Positions 8,019 through 17,688 of a stretch of DNA of 36,332 bases are shown piece after piece. Position 1 is the first letter of the stretch; every line of letters starts with the position of its first letter. The translations under genes and the position numbers were made by a program. The notes beneath the pieces are model-generated. The model ran no database searches, had not been told where the DNA came from, and saw only the letters and a program-made list of their open reading frames with translations. The stretch is from an uncultured virus (IMG/VR IMGVR_UViG_3300038312_000251) (taxonomy: Duplodnaviria; Heunggongvirae; Uroviricota; Caudoviricetes): IMG/VR virus record IMGVR_UViG_3300038312_000251, one strand, 5' to 3'.

Positions 8019-11000
8019 TCAATACAAGTCTAACATATCACCCCCATACATTGATGCTATTTCTTCTCTTGATAAAATTCTATTAATTATTTGAACATTA
8101 TTAACAGGTGAATCAAAATTAGTAACTCCTGAGAATCCTGTAATTGAAGGAGTAAAAGGAGTTCCAAATAAATATAAACTACCTTTAAAATTGCTTAGGT
8201 CAATTGCAGTACTCGCTATTATTTCAGCTCTTAATCCACCGCTGTTTTTATATAGTTTTAATAACCCGTTTGAATCACATGTTAAAGTGAACAATTTATC
8301 TACTATGGTTTGTGGATAATTAAAACCAGCCATAATAAGAGTATTATTGAAATGTAATTGATGATTTACTAAAAATAAAAATTGTTTGTTTTCAGAAAGT
8401 GGATTAAAAGCAATTAGTATTCTTTTTTTTCCATTCGTCGCCGCATTTATATTTGACCAGAAAGATATTGTCCAATTCCCCTCGCTTAAATCAATATTAA
8501 AAGATTGATTTATATAACAAGTGTCTGAAAAATGCAATGCTTTCTTATTTTTCTCTATAATTGATGGGTAAAACTCCCACAACTTCTTACCTTTACCCTC
8601 TATCCAATTTGGTGAATTAATTACTACTGGAGTGTTATTAATTTCTTCAATTACATTTTCACTATTGTTTAAAGGTAAATAAAGCAAATCTGCATATAAT
8701 TTATCATTAGAAACATTTGCTTCTATTGATTTTAAAAAATAACCGCTCTCTACTTTAATGTCTAAACCCTCTATAGGAATTTGAGTTTTTAAAATCACCA
8801 TAGCATGATAATTATCTCCCCCATCAAATATTCGTAATGAACTGTATTTACCTTTAGTCTGACAACCAGCTAATATCTGTTCAACACCTCCTATTGTAGC
8901 TTTACCAATATGTCTAAATCCATCCGACGCTCCCCCTTCATTCATTTCTCCTATACTAAATACAGTTTTCCAAGTTTCGCCGTCATCTATACTTCTAATA
9001 ATAGACGCCCCTTGAGAATCATTTGTTGAAATTCCACCTGAATATAAAGCATTATTTAATCTCTGTATTTGATAGTAACCCTTTCCATTAGATAATACAG
9101 GATAGAAATTAACGTCATCTACTGTTTTTATCAATGAATGCCCTCCAACAATAGATGTTTCACCAGTAATCAATCTAAATCCCTGTTCTGCATAAGCAAC
9201 CACATTATCAGATGATTGTATAGTTCCTGAAAGCCTTTCCCACGTTAACCCTTTATCGAGAGTTCTCATTACCGCTCCTCCCCCATCAAAACCTGCATAT
9301 CCTACTTCAGGGTTTTGAAATTTATCTACGTACACCCCATGAACATGTTGAAAATCCTTTGTCTCATAACATAAATTCCAAGTTATTCCATTGTCTATGC
9401 TTCGGAATATCTTTACATCCCATGCACTTTGGTATCTACCACATATAAGTTCCCCAGATGAAAATTGCCCCATACTTTTTTGAAATACAAAGCCGTCCCC
9501 ATCATCCATTATAGAAAAATCTAATACAATATTAAATGTATCATATGGAGCTTCAGACCTATATATTTTATTATTTTTAATAGTATAAATAATATCTCCT
9601 AAAGCAACAAACACTAATTTTCCACAATCAGGGGATATTACTTCCCAAGTAGTACCATTAAAAATACTAACAGAATTGGTATCAAATGAAGAAATAGGAG
9701 TACCATCACTCAACGTATCAACTCTTGCATTTACAGGAAGAGTATTATCAGTCAAAATGTCATAATTACCTTGTGATAAAATATCAAAAGGAATAAAGTT
9801 ACCTTGACTGTCTAATATACGTACATCACTAAAATTATTTTGCGCCTTTCCCTCAAAGAAAATATCGTTATTAGCTGGGGTAAATTTAGGCATATTCTTA
9901 TGAAAATTAAGAATAATAATTTTATCATCTCCTGCATATGCCCCATCTATATGGATATTCTCCGAATGATATTCACCCGCATTCTTAGCCTGATATAAAC
10001 CGTCAAAATCAATACCAGATAAACTGTTAACAATTTGCTTATCTTCATCTGTGTAATTGTTATCTGATAACCCCATCCCATCAACTTTGCTGACTTTGTT
10101 CGGTATGCTATCAACAAGTTCTTTATCTTCATCTGTGTAATTGTTATCTGTATAACTATATGTTAACTCCAAAGGAACTATTCCGTCAAACCAGCCATTT
10201 GGGTATTTAGATAATTCTATTTCAAACTCTTCTAAAGTAGGCTCATTACCTTCTCCGTATGTAGCAGTTAAATCGCATATCACTAAATTCTTAATCTTGA
10301 AAATAGACCCAACTGATTCAGCAGCACTGTTATATTCAGTGTTTAATGTAAATCCGACATTACTACTATTATTAAACTCTATGTATGAAATTCCACGTAA
10401 TTTATTCCATATATTTTGAGATGGATTATCAATAAATAAAGAGTTTTTTGCTGATGCGTCACGTATCGAAAAAATAGATATGCGATTACAGTTATTAGAT
10501 GTTACTAAAACATCAGCTCCAATATAGTACTTATGCCCTAATTTACTTAACTCATAAACACCCAGCCTAAGCACCCTTGGGTTTGGAGAAGTCCCATTGG
10601 ATGTCCCAATTAACATATTATCTTCATAAGACAACGTTACTCCTATTGAAGCACTCCCAATAGGGTTTCGATAGTCACTATTAATTGATAAGTTTTTCAA
10701 CCCTGTATTTATTTGCAATCTATTCCATAAAGATATATCGTACCATGCACTATCAGACAAGCCTACACCATTATATTGATAAGTTTCTATTTGATCTTCA
10801 GAGCGGTAAATAACAGTTAATCCTTGCTTTCTGTAAGAAGTAGGTACAGACACAATAGCATCACTGGAGTTATAATAACCACTTGATTTCGGAAACATAT
10901 AATCCATATTAATTATCAATGCTTCCGTTTTATTCAATTTCAGATTCACTTCACCCGCTAATTGATCCAATTCGCTCTTATCAGATGCGTTATATATTGT

Positions 11001-12134
11001 TACCCAGCCTGTTTCCGACCAACCAATATCTCCGCCTGCTATATCAGTGTTAATTTCAACAATTAATCCATCTTCCGGGTGTAAATACGACACAATAACA
11101 CCCATTGATAAGGCTTTAGGACATAGGACTAACAGTTTTTTTCGTGTTGTGGGTTTGTCTATTTCAAATTCGAGATTAAAGACTTTTGAATCTAATTTTA
11201 TCCAATATTTTGAATCAGACCAAACGGCATCATTTAACACATCGCCAGTTACATTGCGCCATATCTGATAATTGTTGTAACCCCCAAAGGTAAGTTGCTG
11301 TCCAGATTTTCTTTTTTCTTTTGGAACCGACAAAGCTGCTTCTGCAAATGTGGTTTTATCAGAGTAAAAGACGGATGTTTCGCCCGCTAATTGAACTATT
11401 TCATCATCAACCTCCTTCAATGTTTTTGGCGATGAAGCGTATCCGTGAGAAGCCTTTAGCGCAAGTTCATCAGTAACAGCCTTTTGAGACATTGTTTTAT
11501 TTATGTTCGTTCCTGTTGTTTGAACAATCTCAAAATTAAAACCGCTTTGTAATCTCCAACCATTTTCAGAACCTTCGTAACTATAATAACCATTTTCCGC
11601 TGGAGTTGTAGAATTTACAACTGTCACCAACTCTCCTATTTTTATCAAGCGTCCATCCGTTCCAATTGGATTGACCGAATCAGCGTTCATTGCTGCAACA
11701 GATGCATATGTTTTGCGAATATTATAACCGTAATAAAAGTTTGCTGATTCAGCACTACTAATTATATTGGTGTTGAAAGTGTAAGCAACCCAATGCTCCA
11801 TATTCCATAAAAGAATAACGAACACACCTTCCATTTCGCCAGTTGTTATTGAAATAGGATTGCCTTCATCATCAATGAAATTACTGAATGTCACTGTTCT
11901 GTCTTGACCAACGCCTGCGATGTAACAAACTTTACCTTGGTCTGGTTGAACTGGAACGGTACTTTCTTCTGCTAATCCTACCAGAGTGCTTGTAGATACA
12001 AGCTCAACGCTACGAACATAATCAAGCATATTCAAGGCATACGCTTGGTGTTTTGCAGGCTGAATCTCCGTTCCTGCCTGCCTGCCCATGAGAGCTTCTA
12101 TAATCAAATTCCTTGTGTCGTTATATCCTGCCAT
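8019..12134 (-). CDS. Mosaic tail fibre / receptor-binding protein with Asp-box beta-propeller and C-terminal LamG/ConA-like domain
   Basis: Last gene of the tail module. 'IVQTTGT...MSQKAVTDEL' fibre motif; Asp boxes SIDNGITW, TLDKGLTW, SIDDGETW; LamG-like 'WTISFWS...LTCDSNGLLKLYKN...VQIINRILSREEIASMY'. Confidence 0.8.
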   Translation of the reverse strand: MAGYNDTRNLIIEALMGRQAGTEIQPAKHQAYALNMLDYVRSVELVSTSTLVGLAEESTVPVQPDQGKVCYIAGVGQDRTVTFSNFIDDEGNPISITTGEMEGVFVILLWNMEHWVAYTFNTNIISSAESANFYYGYNIRKTYASVAAMNADSVNPIGTDGRLIKIGELVTVVNSTTPAENGYYSYEGSENGWRLQSGFNFEIVQTTGTNINKTMSQKAVTDELALKASHGYASSPKTLKEVDDEIVQLAGETSVFYSDKTTFAEAALSVPKEKRKSGQQLTFGGYNNYQIWRNVTGDVLNDAVWSDSKYWIKLDSKVFNLEFEIDKPTTRKKLLVLCPKALSMGVIVSYLHPEDGLIVEINTDIAGGDIGWSETGWVTIYNASDKSELDQLAGEVNLKLNKTEALIINMDYMFPKSSGYYNSSDAIVSVPTSYRKQGLTVIYRSEDQIETYQYNGVGLSDSAWYDISLWNRLQINTGLKNLSINSDYRNPIGSASIGVTLSYEDNMLIGTSNGTSPNPRVLRLGVYELSKLGHKYYIGADVLVTSNNCNRISIFSIRDASAKNSLFIDNPSQNIWNKLRGISYIEFNNSSNVGFTLNTEYNSAAESVGSIFKIKNLVICDLTATYGEGNEPTLEEFEIELSKYPNGWFDGIVPLELTYSYTDNNYTDEDKELVDSIPNKVSKVDGMGLSDNNYTDEDKQIVNSLSGIDFDGLYQAKNAGEYHSENIHIDGAYAGDDKIIILNFHKNMPKFTPANNDIFFEGKAQNNFSDVRILDSQGNFIPFDILSQGNYDILTDNTLPVNARVDTLSDGTPISSFDTNSVSIFNGTTWEVISPDCGKLVFVALGDIIYTIKNNKIYRSEAPYDTFNIVLDFSIMDDGDGFVFQKSMGQFSSGELICGRYQSAWDVKIFRSIDNGITWNLCYETKDFQHVHGVYVDKFQNPEVGYAGFDGGGAVMRTLDKGLTWERLSGTIQSSDNVVAYAEQGFRLITGETSIVGGHSLIKTVDDVNFYPVLSNGKGYYQIQRLNNALYSGGISTNDSQGASIIRSIDDGETWKTVFSIGEMNEGGASDGFRHIGKATIGGVEQILAGCQTKGKYSSLRIFDGGDNYHAMVILKTQIPIEGLDIKVESGYFLKSIEANVSNDKLYADLLYLPLNNSENVIEEINNTPVVINSPNWIEGKGKKLWEFYPSIIEKNKKALHFSDTCYINQSFNIDLSEGNWTISFWSNINAATNGKKRILIAFNPLSENKQFLFLVNHQLHFNNTLIMAGFNYPQTIVDKLFTLTCDSNGLLKLYKNSGGLRAEIIASTAIDLSNFKGSLYLFGTPFTPSITGFSGVTNFDSPVNNVQIINRILSREEIASMYGGDMLDLY
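10039..10150. repeat. Identical 28-bp direct repeat in the RBP (DNNYTDEDK x2)
   Basis: ttatcttcatctgtgtaattgttatctg at 10039-10066 and 10123-10150, 84 bp apart (in frame). Confidence 0.9.
10950..11402 (-). repeat. Pair of 24-bp junction repeats (QLAGE) in the RBP
   Basis: GAAATAGTTCAATTAGCGGGCGAA (11402-11379) vs GAATTGGATCAATTAGCGGGTGAA (10973-10950): 20/24 identical, exact 12-bp core, 429 bp apart in frame. Confidence 0.85.
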
Positions 12135-12145
12135 TTTATTTTAAT

Positions 12146-13042
12146 TTATGAGTATGACTCTGGTTCATATTGTTCTTCGTTGTAATTATTGAAATCTTCA
12201 ACTAAATTATAACTGATAATCAATTCAACTTCTTCCAAGTCTTCACGAATTTGCTTTTGCAAATATTCATTTATCAATTCTTCATTTGAAGCATATTTGT
12301 TTTTCTTTGGCTGTCTTTGAATCCAAATTCCAACAGCTTCTTTGGAATTAAACGTTTCTTTTATTAGAACGGAATTGTCCGATTTATTTTCAAATTTACC
12401 TAAAAATTCAACGATGAAATTTTCACTCGAAAGATAAGAACAGTCTAAAGGCACAGGCAGCACCGTTTCGTCACGTCTTTCAATCTTAAATTTAGTTTCT
12501 GATACTCTCTTTACCGTATATGTTTCATCATTGCTAAATGCCTCCTCAAACGCTTCCCACGTTCCTTCAATTCCGCTCTCCGATACATTCACAACTACAT
12601 TAAAAGGATACAAAACTATTTCTTCATCTTTCACAGCAGGTTTCATTACTTCTAACTCAACAGCAGCTCTATAAAATGAAGCGTCAAAAAATTCAGCGTT
12701 CAACGGCTCTTGATAACGGCTTGATATTTGCTCCATTTGATAATTAGAACCTACTGAAACTGCCGCAACCTTAAAAGCTGCTTCATCACCGTCATTAGCT
12801 ACAATTTTCAATTCAACATCTTTAACTGGATAATCAAATTGATTTATCAAACCAATTGCGATAGTTTCTTTTTGTCTTTTTTCAAGAGTGTATGCTGATA
12901 ACAAATCAAACAAAACATTCAAAGCTGCATTTGGAACTGGCGTGGACGAAATATAACCGCCCAAACTTTTACCAGCATCGCTTTGAGGACTGCTCGGTGA
13001 TTTTGCTAATGAAGTTCCTGCTCCTGTTAAATATATCATCAT
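12146..13042 (-). CDS. Putative baseplate/tail fibre-associated structural protein
   Basis: 298-aa ORF in the tail operon; N-terminal 'KSLGGYISSTPV' and 'GIWIQR' motifs typical of phage virion proteins. Confidence 0.6.
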   Translation of the reverse strand: MMIYLTGAGTSLAKSPSSPQSDAGKSLGGYISSTPVPNAALNVLFDLLSAYTLEKRQKETIAIGLINQFDYPVKDVELKIVANDGDEAAFKVAAVSVGSNYQMEQISSRYQEPLNAEFFDASFYRAAVELEVMKPAVKDEEIVLYPFNVVVNVSESGIEGTWEAFEEAFSNDETYTVKRVSETKFKIERRDETVLPVPLDCSYLSSENFIVEFLGKFENKSDNSVLIKETFNSKEAVGIWIQRQPKKNKYASNEELINEYLQKQIREDLEEVELIISYNLVEDFNNYNEEQYEPESYS

Positions 13043-13055
13043 AATTCAAAACTTT

Positions 13056-14501
13056 TTAAGAATAATTTCTGGTTTCATCTCGTGGTTCAATATCAGCAAG
13101 ATTTATATCAAAAGTGCTGTTTGAAAGAGTTTCAGGTTGTCCTTTTATATTCGTAAATTGAGCAATTGCTAAATTGCTAAAAGGATATTGTTTTTCACTA
13201 TCATCTATCATTCTGTATTTAATGGAAACTGTAACGCTTTCCGAAAATGATATTGATACAGATGGCATAAAAGTATGAAAATTAAATCTTGAAAAAGCAT
13301 TCCATATTGACTTCTTAAAGAAAAAAGGAATTTCTGGTTTATCAATATTTCCTGAAATTGAAACTTGATATTCTATTTCTTTGAAATCTGGTATAATCAC
13401 AAAATCATTGCCAGTTTCTATGATAGATGTATCAAATTTTGAAATATAAACAGCTTTATTAACATTATCGTCAATTTTAGCATATTTCATATTTTTTCTA
13501 TTTAACAACAACCAACCCCTAAACATTCCGTTTGGAATATCTCCAGTTCCTAAAAAATTGCATTTTCCCGAAACGATATTGAAAACATTAGTGGCTGAAG
13601 TAACATTAAAATCATGTTCTAAAACCGTGTATCCATGCTCTACAATGAGTTCAAAATTAGCTGATATAGTATCTACTGAATTAATCCCTCCAATTGTATT
13701 AACGTTCAATAAACTAACCAAAGGATTGTTTGAAGCATTTTCTACTTCAACCCCTTGTGTGTAAGGATTATTAAACAAATAATTTATCCTTTCATCTGAA
13801 ACAGACATTACCCCACCGCCATCAAACTCTATGGAAGCAAGAATGAATTGATTTTCATTTATAGCAGGTTTATCTTCTGAATCAACAATCGAAATATTGT
13901 ATGAATCATATTCATAAATCATTTTATTTTCTTCCAATGGTTGAAAACCTGGAGTGAATGTTCCAATAACGCTATAATTTAAACCAGATTCAACGGCAAA
14001 ATTTCCAGAAAGAATGGCAGAAGTATCTGAAATAACTCGGACAACTTCATACTCACTTAAATTTAATGAAGATTCAAATTTAACCTTTACAGGAAAATTG
14101 GATTGACCCCTCAAAACTTTTGTAAATTCAGTTCCTACTCCAGTCATAGAACCGTCCAAATTAATAGAAACAGTTCCACGTTCATTGTTTTTTACGGCTC
14201 TCGAAAGTATTAACCAACGCTTAACCCCAGTGTCATTTATGGTAAGCTCTAAACCGCTTTCCATTATGATAGCATCTAAATTAGAATCAAATGCCATTCC
14301 TGGATTTATAACAACCGTATCAGGTGAACCTGATTTAATTGTTACCTTAAAATTAGAATTGATATCATCTTGAACTATACCATATGATTTTATAAAAGAT
14401 TTAATGACTCTTTTGTAGCCATCTTCTTCTAAAAATTTCACAAGTCTTTGAAGTTCATTTACTTCCAAAAACAAATTTTCACTTGTTTTTAATCTTGACA
14501 T
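13056..14501 (-). CDS. Putative baseplate/tail fibre attachment protein
   Basis: 481 aa, beta-rich; N-terminal 'FLEVNELQRL...VVINPGMAFD' resembles fibre/baseplate N-termini; position after the wedge genes. Confidence 0.6.
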   Translation of the reverse strand: MSRLKTSENLFLEVNELQRLVKFLEEDGYKRVIKSFIKSYGIVQDDINSNFKVTIKSGSPDTVVINPGMAFDSNLDAIIMESGLELTINDTGVKRWLILSRAVKNNERGTVSINLDGSMTGVGTEFTKVLRGQSNFPVKVKFESSLNLSEYEVVRVISDTSAILSGNFAVESGLNYSVIGTFTPGFQPLEENKMIYEYDSYNISIVDSEDKPAINENQFILASIEFDGGGVMSVSDERINYLFNNPYTQGVEVENASNNPLVSLLNVNTIGGINSVDTISANFELIVEHGYTVLEHDFNVTSATNVFNIVSGKCNFLGTGDIPNGMFRGWLLLNRKNMKYAKIDDNVNKAVYISKFDTSIIETGNDFVIIPDFKEIEYQVSISGNIDKPEIPFFFKKSIWNAFSRFNFHTFMPSVSISFSESVTVSIKYRMIDDSEKQYPFSNLAIAQFTNIKGQPETLSNSTFDINLADIEPRDETRNYS

Positions 14502-14512
14502 ATCTTTTATTT

Positions 14513-16195
14513 TTAGTAATTACTCATAAACACAAACACATTAGTGCTGTCAAAAGGATACAAATACTTTTCTATAATATCTGTAATTTCAACCTTTGAT
14601 TGGTTATTGTTATTATTGCGAACATAAGTGTACAAAAATCTTGAACTTTGAATAAATCCCAAGCTGTGAGAATTTTCCGTTCCATCCTTTAAAGGTATGA
14701 TATTCGTTCCCCTGACTAACGGTCTTATTTTGTAATTCCAAATATTCACCTCTGAAGAAACTCCGTTGCTTATTAATTGTATTTTCGGCAATATGTATTT
14801 TACAAATGAATTATTGAAATATAAATTTGTTCCATATCCCAAATTAGTTTTACTTTCAGAAAGATTGCTTGATGAATAAGCGTGTATAATACCTCTTGCG
14901 TAATACCAACAATCTGTTCTCATATTAGTCAATTCTTTTTCAAAGAACGTTTCTGAGATACTGTCTCCATTTGGAGTTATGAAAGCATCGTTTAATCTGT
15001 TCTCCATTATATCAAACCCCTCAACTCCAAACAGAAGTTTTACACTTGATGAAACTCCCGAAACTATTCTGAAAGCGAAAGTGATTTCATAATCCATTCT
15101 ACTATCAGCAACATAAACGTTTTCAGAAACATCTTGTGTTAAATCAATTCTTCCAAGTCCTGTTTTACCGTTTGTCGCTTTTAAATTCAAAACGTTTTTG
15201 CTATCAAAAGATTTCAAAGAATGGCTTGCCGTTCCCTCATTGTTTAAAACGAAATTTGATAATGATTGAAAATCCTTAGTATTTTCTTTTGTTTTGTTTA
15301 ATAATTCAGATTGAGATGTTCCCTTGTACATTGGTGATGATTGTCTTAAACACCAACCTACTTTACTCAAAGGAATATTTTCATACAAAAGTTCATCACT
15401 TATTTTATTTCTTAAAAGTCTTACAAATTCTCCATCTATTGGAACAATTTTTCCGCTCGGCAAAACATCATTTTTTCTTTTAAAAATCATATTAGTGCCC
15501 CTTTGTCTTAGCTCATCATAAAGATGTTGAGAAAGATATTGAAGTTCTTCCAAAGTGATATTAGATTCATCAAAATAAACTCCATATTGTCGAACTTGTT
15601 CCCTCATCAAAGAAAAATCGTCTTTAAAGTTTTCAAACCTTTTAAAGAAACAAATAAACATTCCAAAAAACCTGGCTACTGAAAAGAATAAATCTATAAA
15701 ATCACGGTCTTCATTTTCATCATTATTTTCAGCTCTTTTTATATAATTAGGCAATATACCCCTGAAATACAATTTCTTGAAGATATTAGATTCAATTTCA
15801 TTCAAACAATCACTACCTATTATATTCTCAAATATGCTTGATGTTATCGTTGGAGCTACAAAACTGATTTCTTCTCTTGTTCCTAAAAATTGAATATCTA
15901 TGAATTCAATCACATCTGTTGCATCAGTACCAATTCTGGTATATCTTACTTCAATCAATAAAGAGTTTTCGGCAATAAATTGATTCTCAGATAAAGCAAT
16001 GTCGGTTAAAATTTTCCATTCAGTCCAAAATAAACTGTTGGTAGTACTCACTCTGAATTCCCTCTTCAAAGCTCTTTCTTCAGTTTCACCGATGATTGTA
16101 TCTGTATAACCAGAAAATGTTACCCTTCCGCTTATTTTAGGATTGACCCTTACAATCAAAACATCTCCTATATTGATTATAGTATTATTCATCAT
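14513..16195 (-). CDS. Putative baseplate wedge protein
   Basis: 560 aa, downstream of the J-like gene; 'LPNYI...DELRQRGT' resembles a gpI-type wedge segment. Confidence 0.55.
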   Translation of the reverse strand: MMNNTIINIGDVLIVRVNPKISGRVTFSGYTDTIIGETEERALKREFRVSTTNSLFWTEWKILTDIALSENQFIAENSLLIEVRYTRIGTDATDVIEFIDIQFLGTREEISFVAPTITSSIFENIIGSDCLNEIESNIFKKLYFRGILPNYIKRAENNDENEDRDFIDLFFSVARFFGMFICFFKRFENFKDDFSLMREQVRQYGVYFDESNITLEELQYLSQHLYDELRQRGTNMIFKRKNDVLPSGKIVPIDGEFVRLLRNKISDELLYENIPLSKVGWCLRQSSPMYKGTSQSELLNKTKENTKDFQSLSNFVLNNEGTASHSLKSFDSKNVLNLKATNGKTGLGRIDLTQDVSENVYVADSRMDYEITFAFRIVSGVSSSVKLLFGVEGFDIMENRLNDAFITPNGDSISETFFEKELTNMRTDCWYYARGIIHAYSSSNLSESKTNLGYGTNLYFNNSFVKYILPKIQLISNGVSSEVNIWNYKIRPLVRGTNIIPLKDGTENSHSLGFIQSSRFLYTYVRNNNNNQSKVEITDIIEKYLYPFDSTNVFVFMSNY

Positions 16196-16490
16196 ACATT
16201 AAGTTTTCATCTACTTTATTGTACTTATTCACATCATCATTTTCAAGCTCTATGATAAGTTCACCGTTTTCATTTAGTTCACCTACTTTATTTCCAACGT
16301 ATGAAAGCATCAGCTCACCTTCTTTTCCGTCAACGTTGTCTATTTCCATCGGTTTATCTAAAACTTGAGACTTAAACAAATCAGGTGTGGTTGAACCGTC
16401 AGCGTTCATATCAGCAAAACAATTTATTAAAAAAGTTCCACTAATTTTCTCAACCTCTGTTATAGTTTTTGTGCTCGCTTCTGTTTTCAT
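16185..16490 (-). CDS. Hypothetical baseplate-region protein (101 aa)
   Basis: Tightly coupled to both neighbours on the minus strand. Confidence 0.65.
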   Translation of the reverse strand: MKTEASTKTITEVEKISGTFLINCFADMNADGSTTPDLFKSQVLDKPMEIDNVDGKEGELMLSYVGNKVGELNENGELIIELENDDVNKYNKVDENLMYDE

Positions 16491-16491
16491 A

Positions 16492-17688
16492 TTAGATACT
16501 CATTAAAACTGTATTTGCATATGATTCATCAGGGCTGTTAGGGTAAAAGAATTGAGAAAGAACTCCTGAATTATCTTCTATTATATTACCATTGAGGTCA
16601 CGCAATACAAAGCTCCTAATGCGTGGTAACTGATACTTAGGTACGTTTACATCAGCCTGAGGATAAAAATGCGTATCAGGCACGTAACGAACCCCATTGA
16701 CTTGTTTAGCAGCAAATAACATATTTTCCCACTCAACTTTATTTCCGTATTTCCAAAAACGGTAATCAAACAATTTTGACATCTGAATTTGAATTTCCCT
16801 TCGTACACGGTCTTGGTCATAAGCAGGGTCAATGTCAACTCTAAAATCTACGTCAACCATTAACCAATTAACATTATTCAATTTCAAAGCATAATCGTTT
16901 GCTGTTCTTAAAAGCTCGGAAAGTGAAAGGAACTCTTCAGAGTTGCTTAATATTTCATTAAATTCAGCTTCACTAAAATCTTGACCGTTGACCGAAACTA
17001 CAATCAAATTTAATTTACCGTCAACGTCAATTCCACCTTTATAAACCCTCAAAACATTATTATTTATTTTCATGAAAATTTGTTCAAGGTATGAAATCGT
17101 TGTTCTTGACAACTGATTAATACTGTCTTTAATCCTTTGTCTGAATAAATCATCGCTTTCAAAATCTCTCCCACCTTCAGCTCTATATTCATTCGTGCAA
17201 GCAATATGACCTGTTGGAATAGGATTAACTTTATTAATAGACAAAGGGTCAACATTTGTCATTAACCCCGATTGATTACATCTTAATTTAGCATAAGCAT
17301 ATCCATTAACTCCGATTACAACATCATCTTCTAAAGAAAAAGTTATACCAGTTGTACTGATAAAAGTATGAACGTTCTTCAAATACGTTGTTCCTTCATC
17401 TCCGATAACTCTAACATAAGTTGAGCTTGAAGCAGCTCCGAACCTTGGTGAAACACCACGTATAATAGCTAAATTGTCTAAATACTCTCCATACGCAGTA
17501 TCTGGGAATATGTGTCCTTCAACGATAGATTGATTAACCAAACACTTTTGACCTACCTTAGCAGCTCCGTAAGCAATTCCATTTAAAACCGAATCATTGC
17601 CTACATCATTGACTTTATCGGTTTTGTTAAGAAAAATCTCCAAGAACATTTGTTTTAATTCCTGGATTGAAGTTATCCTTGTTATCAT
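16492..17688 (-). CDS. Baseplate J-like wedge protein
   Basis: 'TAYGEYLDNLA..RGV.PR..A', 'CNQSG...NV', 'EGGRDFESDDLFRQRI', 'QVNGV' are J-family hallmarks. Confidence 0.9.
   Translation of the reverse strand: MITRITSIQELKQMFLEIFLNKTDKVNDVGNDSVLNGIAYGAAKVGQKCLVNQSIVEGHIFPDTAYGEYLDNLAIIRGVSPRFGAASSSTYVRVIGDEGTTYLKNVHTFISTTGITFSLEDDVVIGVNGYAYAKLRCNQSGLMTNVDPLSINKVNPIPTGHIACTNEYRAEGGRDFESDDLFRQRIKDSINQLSRTTISYLEQIFMKINNNVLRVYKGGIDVDGKLNLIVVSVNGQDFSEAEFNEILSNSEEFLSLSELLRTANDYALKLNNVNWLMVDVDFRVDIDPAYDQDRVRREIQIQMSKLFDYRFWKYGNKVEWENMLFAAKQVNGVRYVPDTHFYPQADVNVPKYQLPRIRSFVLRDLNGNIIEDNSGVLSQFFYPNSPDESYANTVLMSI

Noticed and set aside
7667..8400. Diversity-generating retroelement target at the RBP C-terminus
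   Set aside because: No reverse transcriptase and no template repeat differing at adenines seen in the window; one elsewhere in the genome cannot be excluded.
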